DNA of 64,000 nucleotides from positions 7,068,001-7,132,000 of the forward strand of contig JBHGNT010000008.1 of assembly GCA_043228905.1 (NCBI GenBank). Reading direction: 5' to 3'. Below are positions 1 through 12,285 of this stretch, piece after piece. Position numbers and translations under genes: made by a program. Within the stretch, counting starts at the first letter, position 1, and every line of letters starts with the position of its first letter. Under the pieces are notes generated by a model. The model ran no database searches. It was not told the DNA's origin and saw only the letters and a program-made list of their open reading frames with translations. This DNA is from Azolla caroliniana. Lineage: Eukaryota > Plantae > Polypodiophyta.

Positions 1-1229
1 CCCGACTTCAAAGACTTTGCATTTTTCATAATTCATAAATAAGAAAATCATTAATTACCTTAGAGGGTGCTTACTACTATGTACTTAATTATTGTATTTT
101 GAAGTGCATATAATAAATGTAACCTCCAAAATTGAGGGAAATCATGCATTTCACACTCACAACAATGATGTTAAAAAACAAAACATAAAACGATCATCAA
201 TGTACAACCTTGTGTAGGACTTTGGATCAGTTTAGTAATGGTGAGAGAATGAGAGATATAGAAATTATCCATGTCATTCAATGTAAAGGTATCTTCTATT
301 CATTAAGTCAATTGTAGACTTTTAACTAATGTGCCCCATGTAATGTGTGTTCATGCAAAAGGTATGTGGCAAATTAAGCTTAACATCTCAACAAAATATT
401 CAAAGCACTCTCTCAACACATTTGTCCCTCACAATGTTAGGTCATTATTGCACCCTCAAGAAGACATTATGGTCACTCATATCCTTGAAATGTGGTGGAT
501 GTAACACCCACAAAAAGAGATTTCCGACCTACATGGGAAACACTTATGGAAATTTCTTTTCAAGGAATTTCATGTGAATCGGAATACATTCCAACTTATT
601 CTAGATGAGACAAGGATTCACTTGAAAGGCTATATTGAGTAAATTACAAGGTGTTACATCAGTGACAAGAGACAAATACTTAGATCCCAAAGGATCAGTA
701 TTGTCAAGCCTCGTATGTGTACACATTGAACAAATGGAGTGGACCAAGTTCTTTGGTAAATAGAGACAAAGACACATTTACCTAGTCAAAACAAATCCAT
801 TTAATCACACAACATCTTGCTAGAGAACACAAAGGATAGATATTTAGAAGAATTTCATCAATGGACATACATTTGATTAGTTTAGGAAAGCTCATTAAGA
901 GTAATCCAAAAGATGTTGAAATAGCATGTAATGTTCTCACCTCTAGCGCTAGAGGAATATATGGACATAAGATAAAGTTTGATTTATTTTGTGGAATACA
1001 AATATAAAGAAAAGTGGGTGGTTGACCAACATTCCTTAACGGTCAAGATGCTAAACCAAGCAGACATTGAGCTCTATTGATCCCTTGCCGTTAATTATGG
1101 TTCATTGCTCCTACTTATTTCACTCCAATAGTTCCTTGAGCAAACACCTAGCGTGCTCCACTTTCGATTCCATGGCCTAAGATCCATAAGACAACATGTT
1201 CACTGAACACTATGGCTTAACATCTTAAC

Positions 1230-1705
1230 AATGAACTACTTATGGGTTGGATTACTTTCTAAAACTCCAAGTCATTGTATATCCTCCTATGCACATGGAT
1301 GAGAATTCACTTTAGTGGTTAACTTCTTATGGATAGAATTAATTCATAAAGACTCAAAAGGTGTTGTATATCTTGTTGTGCACATTGTGACATCTTCAAA
1401 CAAACAAGGGGAATTTTAAAATAGATTCAATCAAGAGGGGGTGTAAAGTTACGAACTATGGTTAGAATGAACTACTTATGGGTTGGCTTACTTTCTAAAA
1501 CTCCAAGTCATTGTATATCCTCCTATGCACATGGATGAGAATTCACTTTAGTGGTTAACTTCTTATGGATAGAATTAATTCATAAAGACTCAAAAGGCGT
1601 TGTATATCTTGTTGTGCACATTGTGACATCTTTAGACAAACAAGGGGAATTTTAAAATAGATTTAATCAAGAGGGGGTGTAAAGTTACGAACTATGGTTA
1701 GAATG
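1230..1705. repeat. Tandem duplication, 2 x 236 bp
   Basis: Block starting aatgaactacttatgggttgg at 1230 recurs at 1466 with a few substitutions; aatg is present at the start, the junction and the end. Confidence 0.9.
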
Positions 1706-2078
1706 GATCTATAAGAAATATAAGTAATGTTATAGATTGTTGTATACATTGATATCCATTTTTTATGTTAAAACTCTTAAGCACCTTCAAAGGGCAAGTT
1801 CTACCAAAAGCCTTGAATCTTTGTGAACCACCTTTATGCTCTTGTTATAAAATGCATGTTTAATTTAACAATTTGTCAATTGCTTGAAGAAGTAAAGGCT
1901 AAGTTTGAAGCTAATGAAAAGACTAATCATAATTGATGGAATGGGCTTACAAGTTTGGTGGGTTTCTCAAGAAAGAATACATTTGTATTGTTCTAAGAAA
2001 AATGGTTGAATAATATGTTTGTTTGTTCATGAGTGATCAATCTCTAATAACTCATTGACTTTTTCTAAAGTTTGATCT

Positions 2079-2699
2079 ACAAACCAACATGCACAATATT
2101 TTCATGTCCCACAACTGTATATGAAATTGAAAGTCCTATGATTCTTTACAATATTTATTATTGAGTTGTTTAGATTGTCCCCTTTTTCGGATCTAAACTA
2201 TTATTAAAATCCTTCTAATAACATAATTTACCATTTGCGATTTATCTAGGGTTATCCGGAATTAATTGTAAATAATAACCTTGACCTTATAAAAAACTCC
2301 TTCTAAATTAACACAACAAATAGTTATTCCTTCTAAACCCTAAACCTGAAACCTGATAGGATAGTCTTGGCATGGCCTACACGAGAAAGGGATCGAGTTT
2401 GTGTATATTTTAACTAATGGAGTATATTCTTTTTTTGGAAAAAAAGAAGACAAACCAACATGCACAATATTTGCATGTCCCACAAATGTATATGCAATTG
2501 AAATTCCTATGATTCTTTACAATATTTATTATTGAGTTGTTTAGATTGTCCACTTTTTCGGATCTAAACTATTATTAAAATCCTTATGATAACATAATTT
2601 ACCATTTGCGATTTATCTAGGCTCATCCAGAATTAATCGTAAATAATAACCTTGACCTTATAAAAAACTCCTTCTAAATTAACACAAGAAATAGTTATT
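2079..2699. repeat. Two ~250-bp direct repeats (2079-2328, 2450-2699) flanking a 121-bp insert
   Basis: acaaaccaacatgcacaatat...aaatagttatt occurs twice at offset 371; the spacer ends in a LINE-like 3' tail. Confidence 0.88.
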
Positions 2700-4980
2700 G
2701 CATCCAAATGAAATGTTTAAAATGAATCTTTCTGTTCTCACCTTTTTCTTAGCACCATACTAGAGTAGAGTGATCAATGTATCATGACAAACACCTTCAC
2801 TTCTAACACTTGTACAGGTTGATTCTAGAAAGGCACTTATGCAAACTCTAAAAACTCCTCCTCCTCCTCCTCCTCATGCAATGTAGTTTCTAATTATCTA
2901 ATTGACACCAAAATGAGTTGAAGGAATTCAAAGTTACCTTGCGCTCTCTATTGCTTGCATTGACATCCATTTCCAACCCCAAACCCATATCATCATTGTG
3001 ACATCAACATTCCCCTACACTTGTTAGGATGCTAGTTGAGCCATAATTCCTCCTTAATGCAACATAAGTATAGGATATGACTAACTAGTACATAACATCT
3101 TCCATCTTTCACAAAGTGGGGAGACACAATAAACGCATATCACGTCTCTTCTTCAACAACATCCATGTGTTAGGATGCAAGTGACCCAAGCATAGATTTT
3201 TATCAAAGGCATAAAACCCTTTGTTCATCTATGACAATGGTTACAAGCAATTGCCCTCTTTAGGATGTTTGGTTTTGACTCATATATTTCTTAAGTTACT
3301 AAAGGTGTGGATGTTGATGCAAGAGTGGATAATTTCCCAATATGGCTTGAAGATGTGCCCTTAAAGCGCACACAATCTCTACTCTTACCATGTTTTATCT
3401 TGGAGTTTTGTGATTTTCTTAAAAGGAGAGGGGGGCAGTGGACTATTTAGTGCTTGATTTTATTCGTGATTCAGAAACTTCTTTGGAGCATGACTTGGAG
3501 TTTGTGTTGGTGAGCTACTATCTTAGTTTGTTTGTGAGCTTTATTTCAAAAAGGATTACATTGTTTGGTGGATTATTTGCATTAACACATCATTATGAAA
3601 AATTTGTAAATGTCGCTTTTGTGAAAAAAATATTTGGTGATACAAAGAAGCTTACAAACTAAAGTTTGACATCACAAACTAGAATTCCAAGATGCCATGT
3701 CATAACAAACTAGAAGATGCCAAAAACAAAGCTTGTGTCAACTTCACAATATTCTTTCTAACTAAATTCATATTCTCTCTATTGAAAGAGGGAATTTTAA
3801 AATACATTTAGTGATAAGTGATAAAATATGAATTTGATTTGAAGAGTTATATAACCATTTATGTAAGTATCAAAGAACGATATTCTTTGAAGAATCGTAA
3901 CCATTTTATATGAAGGGACACAAATACAATTACAAATGTGCATCAACCCAATTTATTTATAGAAAAGAATACCCAACATTTATATTTTGAAAATATATCA
4001 TCGATTCAGTATACCTTCTAAATGATTTATTAACCATTCAAAGAGGAGTTTCTTCAACAATCCATTTTACCAAAATTATACCTTCTGCGAGAATTTCAAT
4101 TGTGCAACGTTGAATCATAGAAACCAAATGGTATGATATTGGATCCATTGTTTATATTATTTACTTTTATTATATATTGAAAGGACTTCGGAAGTTAGGA
4201 TGAGTATTTGATTATTGCTCGAGTTTATTAATGCCTTTCCCCCATGTGTGCTACCTTTGGTGACATTTTGTGTCATAAAGAAGGGGTATCAGTGATTTAG
4301 ATATGGAGAATGATATTATAGTGCACCGCAAGATGAATTAACACTAAAAAGTGAAAGTTCCAACTATTGAAATTGATCCAAGGGAACTCTTCTTTTCACG
4401 CACAAGACAAGGATGCTCATCGTAATGAATAAATAAAATTGCATGCAACTTTAGACCAGTAATGGGTTGTAAATAAAGTAATGATGGAATTGCTTTTAGT
4501 TCGTTAGGGTGAGAGTTCTTGTATATTTGTTTGTTACAAAACTATATACTCTTAAATGGTGATGGACTGTTTAGACATTAAGGTTTTTTCCCCTTCTAGA
4601 ATAGTTTAAAATTTGAAGGTGATAAGGACAAGGCCGGTTGGAGACATGGATATTTTGGATGCCTCTTAAGACATTCAATGTTTGACATTATGTACCGATG
4701 AAGAAATTCAAAGTTCAGCCTTACATATGCATGGCAAAATCACCAATAAATTCTAAGGTTCGCATACAAAGAATTGTTATTTGTAATGAGGTGACTAAAA
4801 CTCTTTTATTTTGCAATCACCTATCATATTTAGAAATTCTAAAGATAGGACTTCATCATTTCCAGAGCATAATTAGACTAATATGAGGTATAAATTCATA
4901 TGTTTAGCATTTATACCCATATATTTCAATACCAAAGGATAAAATGGGCTTTTGTGTATATGCGCTTATATTGTTGAAAA

Positions 4981-5471
4981 TAGCTAAAGAGTGAGAGCTA
5001 AATAGCTAAGCCTTGAATGGTGTTAGCTAATTAGCTATAGATGTACAAGAGTAGTAGCTAACTAGCTAAATAACTATAGCTTGCCAAAATTACCAACCGC
5101 TAATTAGCTGATACATGTTGTTGTAGAACCTCAGGGAGTAACTCACGTGGATAATGTGTCTGGTCAACATGACGCTACAACGGACGAGGAGCTATTTGGC
5201 AATGTGGCTGAAGTAAGAGTCTTGCCCAATCACCTCCTTCAGATCAACATCAGGGTAAAAGCATGCAAGTGGAAACACTATTATAGCTAATTAGCTACTA
5301 AAATGGCCACAACTAATTAGCTATTTGTTTAGCTAGTTTTTGTGGGAAAATCATAAGGATGGTTTATGAAATTTTATGTTTTATTAGTTAAATACATGTT
5401 ATTTAATTTAGGAGAATACTCAAATATTTGAACTTTGGTTTCTGACGTAGTGGAACATGGGGAATAGTGCC
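4981..5471. mobile_element. Non-autonomous DNA transposon/MITE-like sequence with an array of (t)agcta motifs
   Basis: Many tagctaattagcta-type motifs; 5311-5471 has an inverted homologue at 11633-11810. Superfamily and left end not resolved. Confidence 0.45.
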
Positions 5472-5910
5472 ATCATCTTAGGTCGACTTGAATGTCATCA
5501 AATTCTTGATAATCCTGAGTTCGAGTTCGAACTCCAAACAGATGGAGTACTCGACCTGTGGGTTCGACATGCAAGGCACTGTCCCATAGACGTGCCATAA
5601 TGTGTTACCATATGGGATGTACGGGAGATTTATAAGTGTGATGTGTGAGGGTGAAAGACTTAATGTTGTTGTGTATATGTGAATGTGCATAAGTATAATT
5701 GTGAGTGTGAGTAGATACATATCTGAACACATGGCACACACGTGTGTGCATGTGGATAGATACGAGGAGGTGTGAGTGAGTGATTAGTGTGAATGGCAAG
5801 GAGACTTGCACCCCTATGTATCTACCCCCTCTTGTAACTATTTAACCCCCTTATGGAGAATGAATGAAAAAAGAAAAGAGTTTGTTCTCTCTCTTCTTAT
5901 CGTAATTACC

Positions 5911-6106
5911 TTACCCTAGTGGTAAGTTGTTAGCACTACTACCAGCATTGCGTTGTGGGTTCGAAACCCAACTCCCGCACCTCTCTATTATATACTTCTT
6001 ATATATCTCTTAATTCACTAGATGCCATTGTGAAATGTAGGGGTTGAACCCATGACCACCTAGTCTCCATTGGGCAACCTTACCAAGGGAGCTACATCCA
6101 TCTAGG

Positions 6107-6137
<31 letters not shown>

Positions 6138-6257
6138 ATATCTCTTAATTCACTAGATGCCACTGTGGAATGTAGGGGTTGAATTCATGACCACCTCGTC
6201 TCCATTGGGCAACCTTACCAACTTAGCTACATCCATCTGGTCTCTCTCTCTCTCTCT
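5911..6257. repeat. tRNA-derived (SINE-like) Pol III A/B-box modules: one on + (5911-5975) and two direct-repeat copies on - (about 6000-6110 and 6138-6257)
   Basis: + strand: ccctagtggtaag...GGTTCGAAACC (5958-5968). - strand: tagctcccttggtaag or tagctaagttggtaag followed by a ggttcaaccc-like B box. No cloverleaf evident. Confidence 0.55.
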
Positions 6258-7260
6258 AGAAAACCAAAAACAGAGATACCCTCTCAGGGAAAGAAGTGCC
6301 CCCTCGGAGATTCCCGAAAGAAGAGCATATTTTGTTGACCAACAAGGGGGAGCCGGAAAGCTTTGAAGAAGCAATGAGGGACAACCACAACCGTAAGTGG
6401 TTGAGTGCCATGCAGGATGAAATGGATTCCCTACATGAGAACCATATATATGAATTGATGGAGCTACCGAAAGGAAAGAGAGCGCTCCAAAACAAGTGGG
6501 TGTACAAGATAAAACTGGGAGATACCGAAAAATCACCAAAATAGAAAGCTTGGATCGTGGTGAAGGGTTTCCAGTAGAAAAAGGTAGTGGACTTCGACAA
6601 GATCTTTGCCATAATAGTGAAGATGACATCCATCTAGACAGTGTTGAGCATAGCAACGAGCATGGACCTCAAGGTAGAGGAAGTAGATGTCAAGACAACG
6701 TTTCTACACAATGACCTTGAGGAGATCTACGTGCAGCAATCAGAGGGATTTGTCAAGAAAGGGAAAGAGAAACTGGTGTGCCGGTTAAGGAAGAGCCTAT
6801 ACGAACTAACGCAAGCCCCCGACAATGGACCAAAAGTTTGACTCCATGACCGATCAGGGATACCACAAGACGCAGGCTGATCACTACGTATTCGTGAAGA
6901 ATTTCGACGAAGGAGACTTCCTGATACTGTTGCTGTACGTGGATGACATGTTGATCGTCTGACGGGACCATATCAAAATTGGGATGTTGAAGAAAGTCGT
7001 CAGTCATTCGCAATGAAAGATATGGGTGCAACAAAACAAATTTTGGGGATGCACATAATTTGGGACCGGACGAAGAAATAGTTGTGGTTGTCACAGGAGA
7101 AGTACGTGACAAAGGTGCTTCAAAGGTTCAACATGTAAGATGCTAAGTCGGTCAGGTCAACACTTCCGGAAAATTGCAAGTTGTCTGAAAAGCAGAGCCG
7201 GAAGACAAAGGTAGAGAAGTCGGAAATGATGAAGATACCGTATGCCTTTGCACAGGCTAT
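6258..7260 (+). pseudogene. pol: Degenerate Ty1/copia pol (reverse transcriptase) fragment
   Basis: Fragmented ORFs with EPESFEEAM...W..AMQDEMDSL, NKWVYKIK, DVKTTFLH, VCRLRKSLYEL and LLLYVDDMLI; several stops and frameshifts. Confidence 0.88.
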
Positions 7261-8203
7261 CAACAACGAATAGTGGCAACAATGGAGCGAATAGTGGCGA
7301 GGTATGTGAGCAAACAATGGCAACAGACGAGCAACAGTAGAACGTTTGCAACACAAGTTCATGCAGAGCCGGTTGTAAGGAAGGTTGTAGTGGAATGAAA
7401 TCCTAAATCGTATCCAACATGACATTCCCAATGTGATGTTGCATGCATAATGGAGCATTAAATCCACCTAGGAATTTGGTATATAATTAAACCATTCTAA
7501 TATTTCCATTTATGGTGCACATGTACTTAAATATCTTTATTTGATCTATCACGTTTTCATATTCCCTATAATTGCAAAACAACTATAACTTTTTGCATAG
7601 CTAATTAGTTATGTCAAGGACATAACTAATTGTTCCCATTCCCATGTTTTCACATGCCACCCTACTAATTCTATCCAAATATGCATGGATAGGGTTTAGG
7701 GCCATCCAGTCCTCATACAACTCTGGTCGTACATGCTTCAACTTCACCTTACCTTTCACTCGAGTTACTTTATAGACTAACAACCAATCTATATAACTGA
7801 TCAATTTATTTGTTAGCACTGTAGGGTCAATACCCTCTAGTGACAGACCATATATATGGTTGAAATCCTCCTTTATCTTGTAGAACTTTGCAAAGTTCAG
7901 CACCCTAGGATAGGGAGGAACGAGCCACCTGAATTCAAAAATCAATACATGTTACCTCTGTTGGGACATGTGTAACTCAATCACATCTTCCCACAACCAG
8001 AATTCAACCCTAATAATTTAGAATCATTCTAGAATCTAGATATTTAGAATTTGATTCTAAACAAATATTTAAGTCTAATCATAAACAACCCAAATATGCA
8101 TAGATTCTAATTTTACCAAAATCAAACATAGATTCTAATTCTACCAAAATCAGATATGCATGTTATCTTATTCGCAACAAATATTTATTTCTACCATACC
8201 CAC

Positions 8204-8400
8204 AAATTTCTGGTTAGAATGTATGTTTGCAACCCTACTATGAAATTGTTGATAGATATTCTAATCAGAAATTTGTTGCTTCCAAAATCAATCCTAATCA
8301 GAAATTTCTAGTTAGAATGTTTGCCTGCAACCCTACTATGAAATTTGCATATAGACATTCTAATCATAAATTTGTTCCTTCCAAAATCAACCCTAATAAA
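8204..8400. repeat. Degenerate tandem repeat, 2 x ~98 bp
   Basis: aaatttct.gttagaatgt...gcaaccctactatgaaatt at 8204 and 8302. Confidence 0.7.
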
Positions 8401-8551
8401 AAATTAATACAACCTCATTCTACTCACGTCAAACACTATTCACATCGATTTTAGAAATAAACGAAAATTCACCTGTTAGACTACAATTTCCACGACATCC
8501 TCGTCTGCGACTCCAACGACTTTGCCCTAAACCCTAAACATATAAATCTAG

Positions 8552-11385
8552 GCATATGAGGAGATCATCACCTCTGGAAGCATGCCGGAGGAATTTGGAC
8601 AGGGGATGATACATCTCATTCCTAAAACTGGTGGGAATGCCAACGACATTCACAAGTGGCGGCCCATTACTTTTCTCAATACTGTCTATAAGTTGCTCGC
8701 AAAAATCGTGGCACACCGTTTAACTCCACTTCTCCCTCAACTCATTCATCCATCTCAGACAGGTTTCGTTAGAAATCGGAGCATCCTAGACAACCTCTTC
8801 TCATTCTGGGAAGCAGTAGCCCTTGCCAAGCAGACCAACAAGAAGGTAGCGGTGGTGCTACTAGATTTTGAGAAAACATATGACAGGGTATGTTGGAACT
8901 TTTTAGAAAGTGTGATGAGGAAACTCGGCTTTCAAGATACATGGATCAAAGGCATTGCAGGATTTTATAGGAATGGCAGCAGTTGTGTTTCGCTGGCAGG
9001 TGAAAGGGGTCCCTTTTTCCGAATATCCCGCTCTGTACGACAGGGATGCCCACTAGCTCCATCCTTATTTCTATTATACGCCGAAGCACTCTCTTGCTTT
9101 CTCAACTCGCGGCATCCTAACCTACGTGGTCTTCCCATACCTCATTCTTACCAAAGCATCTTGGATATAGAATTTGCAGATGACACAACAGTCTACCTGC
9201 AAGGGGACTTGGAAAACCTCCAAAAGCTAGAAAGTGGGCTAGATTTATTTTGCAAGCGATCCAACGCCATGATCAATTGGCACAAATCTTGTGCAATATG
9301 GCTCTCTCAGGAAACACATCCGGCGTGGCACCCACACCCCGCTTTCAAATGGATCAATCAAGGAGCGAGCACCAAATATTTGGGCTTCCAAATTGGTTTC
9401 AACATACCGCCGGAGACTATGATTGCACCCGTTATCCTTTCCATTTGACAAAAGTTGATACATTGGAGCTCGAAAAAATTGTCGCTAGCAGGTCGCATCA
9501 TAGTGGCAAATCAGGTACTCCTCGCAACAGCATGGTACAGTCTATCATGTTGGACAATCTCCAAGGAAAGTATACATCAGATTCAACGACTGGTCCGCAA
9601 CTACATTTGGTCTAGTAAGGAAGACCATGTAGCTCGCGCCAAGGTGGCGTGGCCTATACTCACAACGCCCAAGTCGAGAGGGGGATTGGGTCTTATTGAT
9701 CCCCTTTCACAATCGAAAGCCTTACTTGCCAAATTTGTGGTGCGAGGACTCCAACTAGGAAATGATTGTTGGAAAATGCTACTGAGGTTACGTTTCACTT
9801 ACTTTAGGCCACGAAAAGGGTTCAATTGGGCCCCCCAAACGGGATGGATTCTAAACATGGATCTCAAACCTAGTTTCTCCCGCCATTTGGAGGATAGATT
9901 CAGTGCATCCATGTGGAAGGCATGGTGTGACATTCGTCGAGGGCTCAAGTGTGATCAACCGAGATCCGAACCTGCCTGGCTCAGTCAACGTATCCTATGG
10001 AACCCATGTCTCAAGGATGAATCTAATTAACTACTGGGATCACGTAAGGGGTTGTCATGGGGATACATTGCAGAAGGTCTAGGCAAAAGTATAGAATGTT
10101 GGTGACGGTTTATGTCAATGCCACTACAAGATCAAGTGAACATACTCCATGGAATCAGGGGCGGATGGACTATGGGATTGGAAATCATTAACGCTCTACT
10201 AATTAGGGAATCTGCTACTCAAAGGACGACAATGGAGAAATGGATAGGCCATGAGGAGGAGGGTTCTTTGATCTCGAGAGGTAGGGGATCACTAGACAGA
10301 CTCGAAGGCCCTGAATTGCGAGACACTGAGACACCAACACAGAATAACGCCATTCGAGTACTCGCGTACACTAGTCATAAATGGATTGTAGATCCTGATC
10401 CGATCAAAGTACAACCCGATTGGCATATATGTACTCATGAAAACACATAGCTACGTAAGGTCAGTTGGGACCCTTTGCAATGGACATGGCGTGATCCCTA
10501 CGCGGGGCAAGGAAGCAAACCCATCCCTTTCTTCCAATTCACAACTAGATTGGGTTACCACATTCTAGCTGCTCAAACCGCCCGAGAACCGGCTGCTGCG
10601 AAGGTCTGGCACACATTTCAAGTTCCCTCCGCAATAATCACCAAGTTTTGGCAGAAAATCTGGAAGCAACAACACGCGAGGCGAATTACCACTTTCCAAT
10701 GGCTGTTAATACATAAATCCCTACCAGTGGGAGCATGGCAAAGTGGGAACCTTAGCTCTCCTAATTGTGTAGAGTGCCCACATGTAGTAGAATCCATACG
10801 ACACGCTTTGTGGGATTGCCCAACGTCCCATCGAATATGGCGGGGGGTTGGCCGCTTGTTGCAATTATGCCAGGTGCAAGGTTCAATCAAGTGGGGAAAT
10901 ATATGTTGGCTATCATGGCAGGCTGCAATTGGACGATACGAGCATCAAGAGGAGGGGATGACTTTGGTGATAAAAGCACAAGAGGTCCTTTTCTCCTCCA
11001 GCGGCAATGTCCACCCTATTCCTCTTAATGACAAATCTCAAGAGGTGTTGGAATTGGTCAGCCCAATAACCCTTTGGATTCTATGGAAACAACGATGCAG
11101 GTGAGTCTTCTCCAACCAAACCGCCCATCCAACAAGGTTATTCCAAGAGATAGGGAGTGAAATTGTAGCCACTCTGAAGAGCCAATATTATGGCCTTAAA
11201 GGTGGCTCCGAGGGAGTTGAAAGACAACGCATAGCCTTCATCCAACAATGGTTGTCCTCTCCCTTTCTTGAGTCAGTGGGCTTCCACATAAGATGGAACT
11301 ATTGCGTCCCTTTAGGGATTTGTACATAATCGTCTCATTTGTAAAATTTTATAACTAATGGAAGGAGTTTTTTTTTGGAAAAAAG
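8552..11385 (+). mobile_element. 5'-truncated non-LTR retrotransposon (L1/Tx1-like LINE): RT plus zf-RVT, with premature stops
   Basis: ORFs 8582-9448 (WRPITFLN, LDFEKTYDRV, SVRQGCPLAP, EFADD), 9455-10030 (LSLAGRI, GGLG) and 10475-11104 (C..C...ES..H..WDC) are in one frame separated by stops; T-rich then A-rich tail at ~11368-11385; no endonuclease or ORF1. Confidence 0.92.
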
Positions 11386-11632
11386 ACAGTTAGAAAAAAA
11401 AGAAATATATAGGTTATATGTTAGTATATAAGTTGTATTTGATGCACACCTTGATAAACAAGGAACTGGTTTTGTGTTGGCGGTCTGATGGCACAATGTT
11501 GATTTTTGAGATTTTGTGTTATTGCAGGCGCTTTGTTTTCGTTCATAATCATAGCGCTCCATTCTGTTTGAATTTTGGTGTAAAACTCAGGATTGGAAGG
11601 ACTTTGGTGACATTAAAGTTGAGTTTACATTA

Positions 11633-12285
11633 GTGCATTATTCCCCATGTTCCACTACGTGTGTGATCCCAAATTCAAAATTTTGAGTATTCCCAAGTTT
11701 CCCTCACCATAATAAATCATATGTATTTAATTATTAAATCAAACAAATTTTGTAAATGATCCTTAAGATTTGCCCACAAAAATTTAGTTAAACAAATAAT
11801 TAAATAGCTATGGCATAGAATGTAATAAACGTGTTCGTGCAAGCATTCAAACGTTTGAAAACGAACATGTTTGAAAAGGGAAAAATGGCACTGGTTTTGT
11901 TTTCTTTTTTCATTTACAATTATTATAAATTAGGTCACCCTAGTGGTAAGTTGTTATGCTATTGATGTCTATGTCTTGGCTTCAATTCCCAATTTTCTCA
12001 TCTCTCTCTTGTTAGTGTCATGTAATAGCAAAACTTTATGTTAGTGCCATATTTCTTTTTTTCTTTTCTTATTATTAGAAATTAGGTCGACCTCGCGGTA
12101 AGTTGTCATGCTATTATTGCCTATGTCTTGGGCTCTATTCCCAAATTTCTCATATCCTCTCATCAGTGTCATGTCATGGCAAAATTTTATGTTAGTGACA
12201 TATTCCCTTCTTTTCTTTTTCTTTTTTGTTATTATAAATTAGCTCACCCTAGTGGTAAGTTGTTATGCTACTACGGCTTATGTCA
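11633..12285. mobile_element. MITE-like sequence (inverted homologue of 5311-5471) followed by ~2.5 tandem ~150-bp tRNA-like units (11921-12285)
   Basis: gtgcattattccccatgttccactacg at 11633 follows TTA; units begin aattag(g/c)tcaccctagtggtaagttgt. Confidence 0.5.

Noticed and set aside
347-577. Short ORF with a hAT dimerisation-like hint (KRFPT)
   Set aside because: Too short and degenerate to support a transposase call.
5640-5895. Possible decayed PPT plus LTR fragment
   Set aside because: No partner LTR or TSD found in the window.
7601-7945. 114-aa minus-strand ORF
   Set aside because: No recognisable motif; probably a decayed transposon gene, but unassignable without a search.
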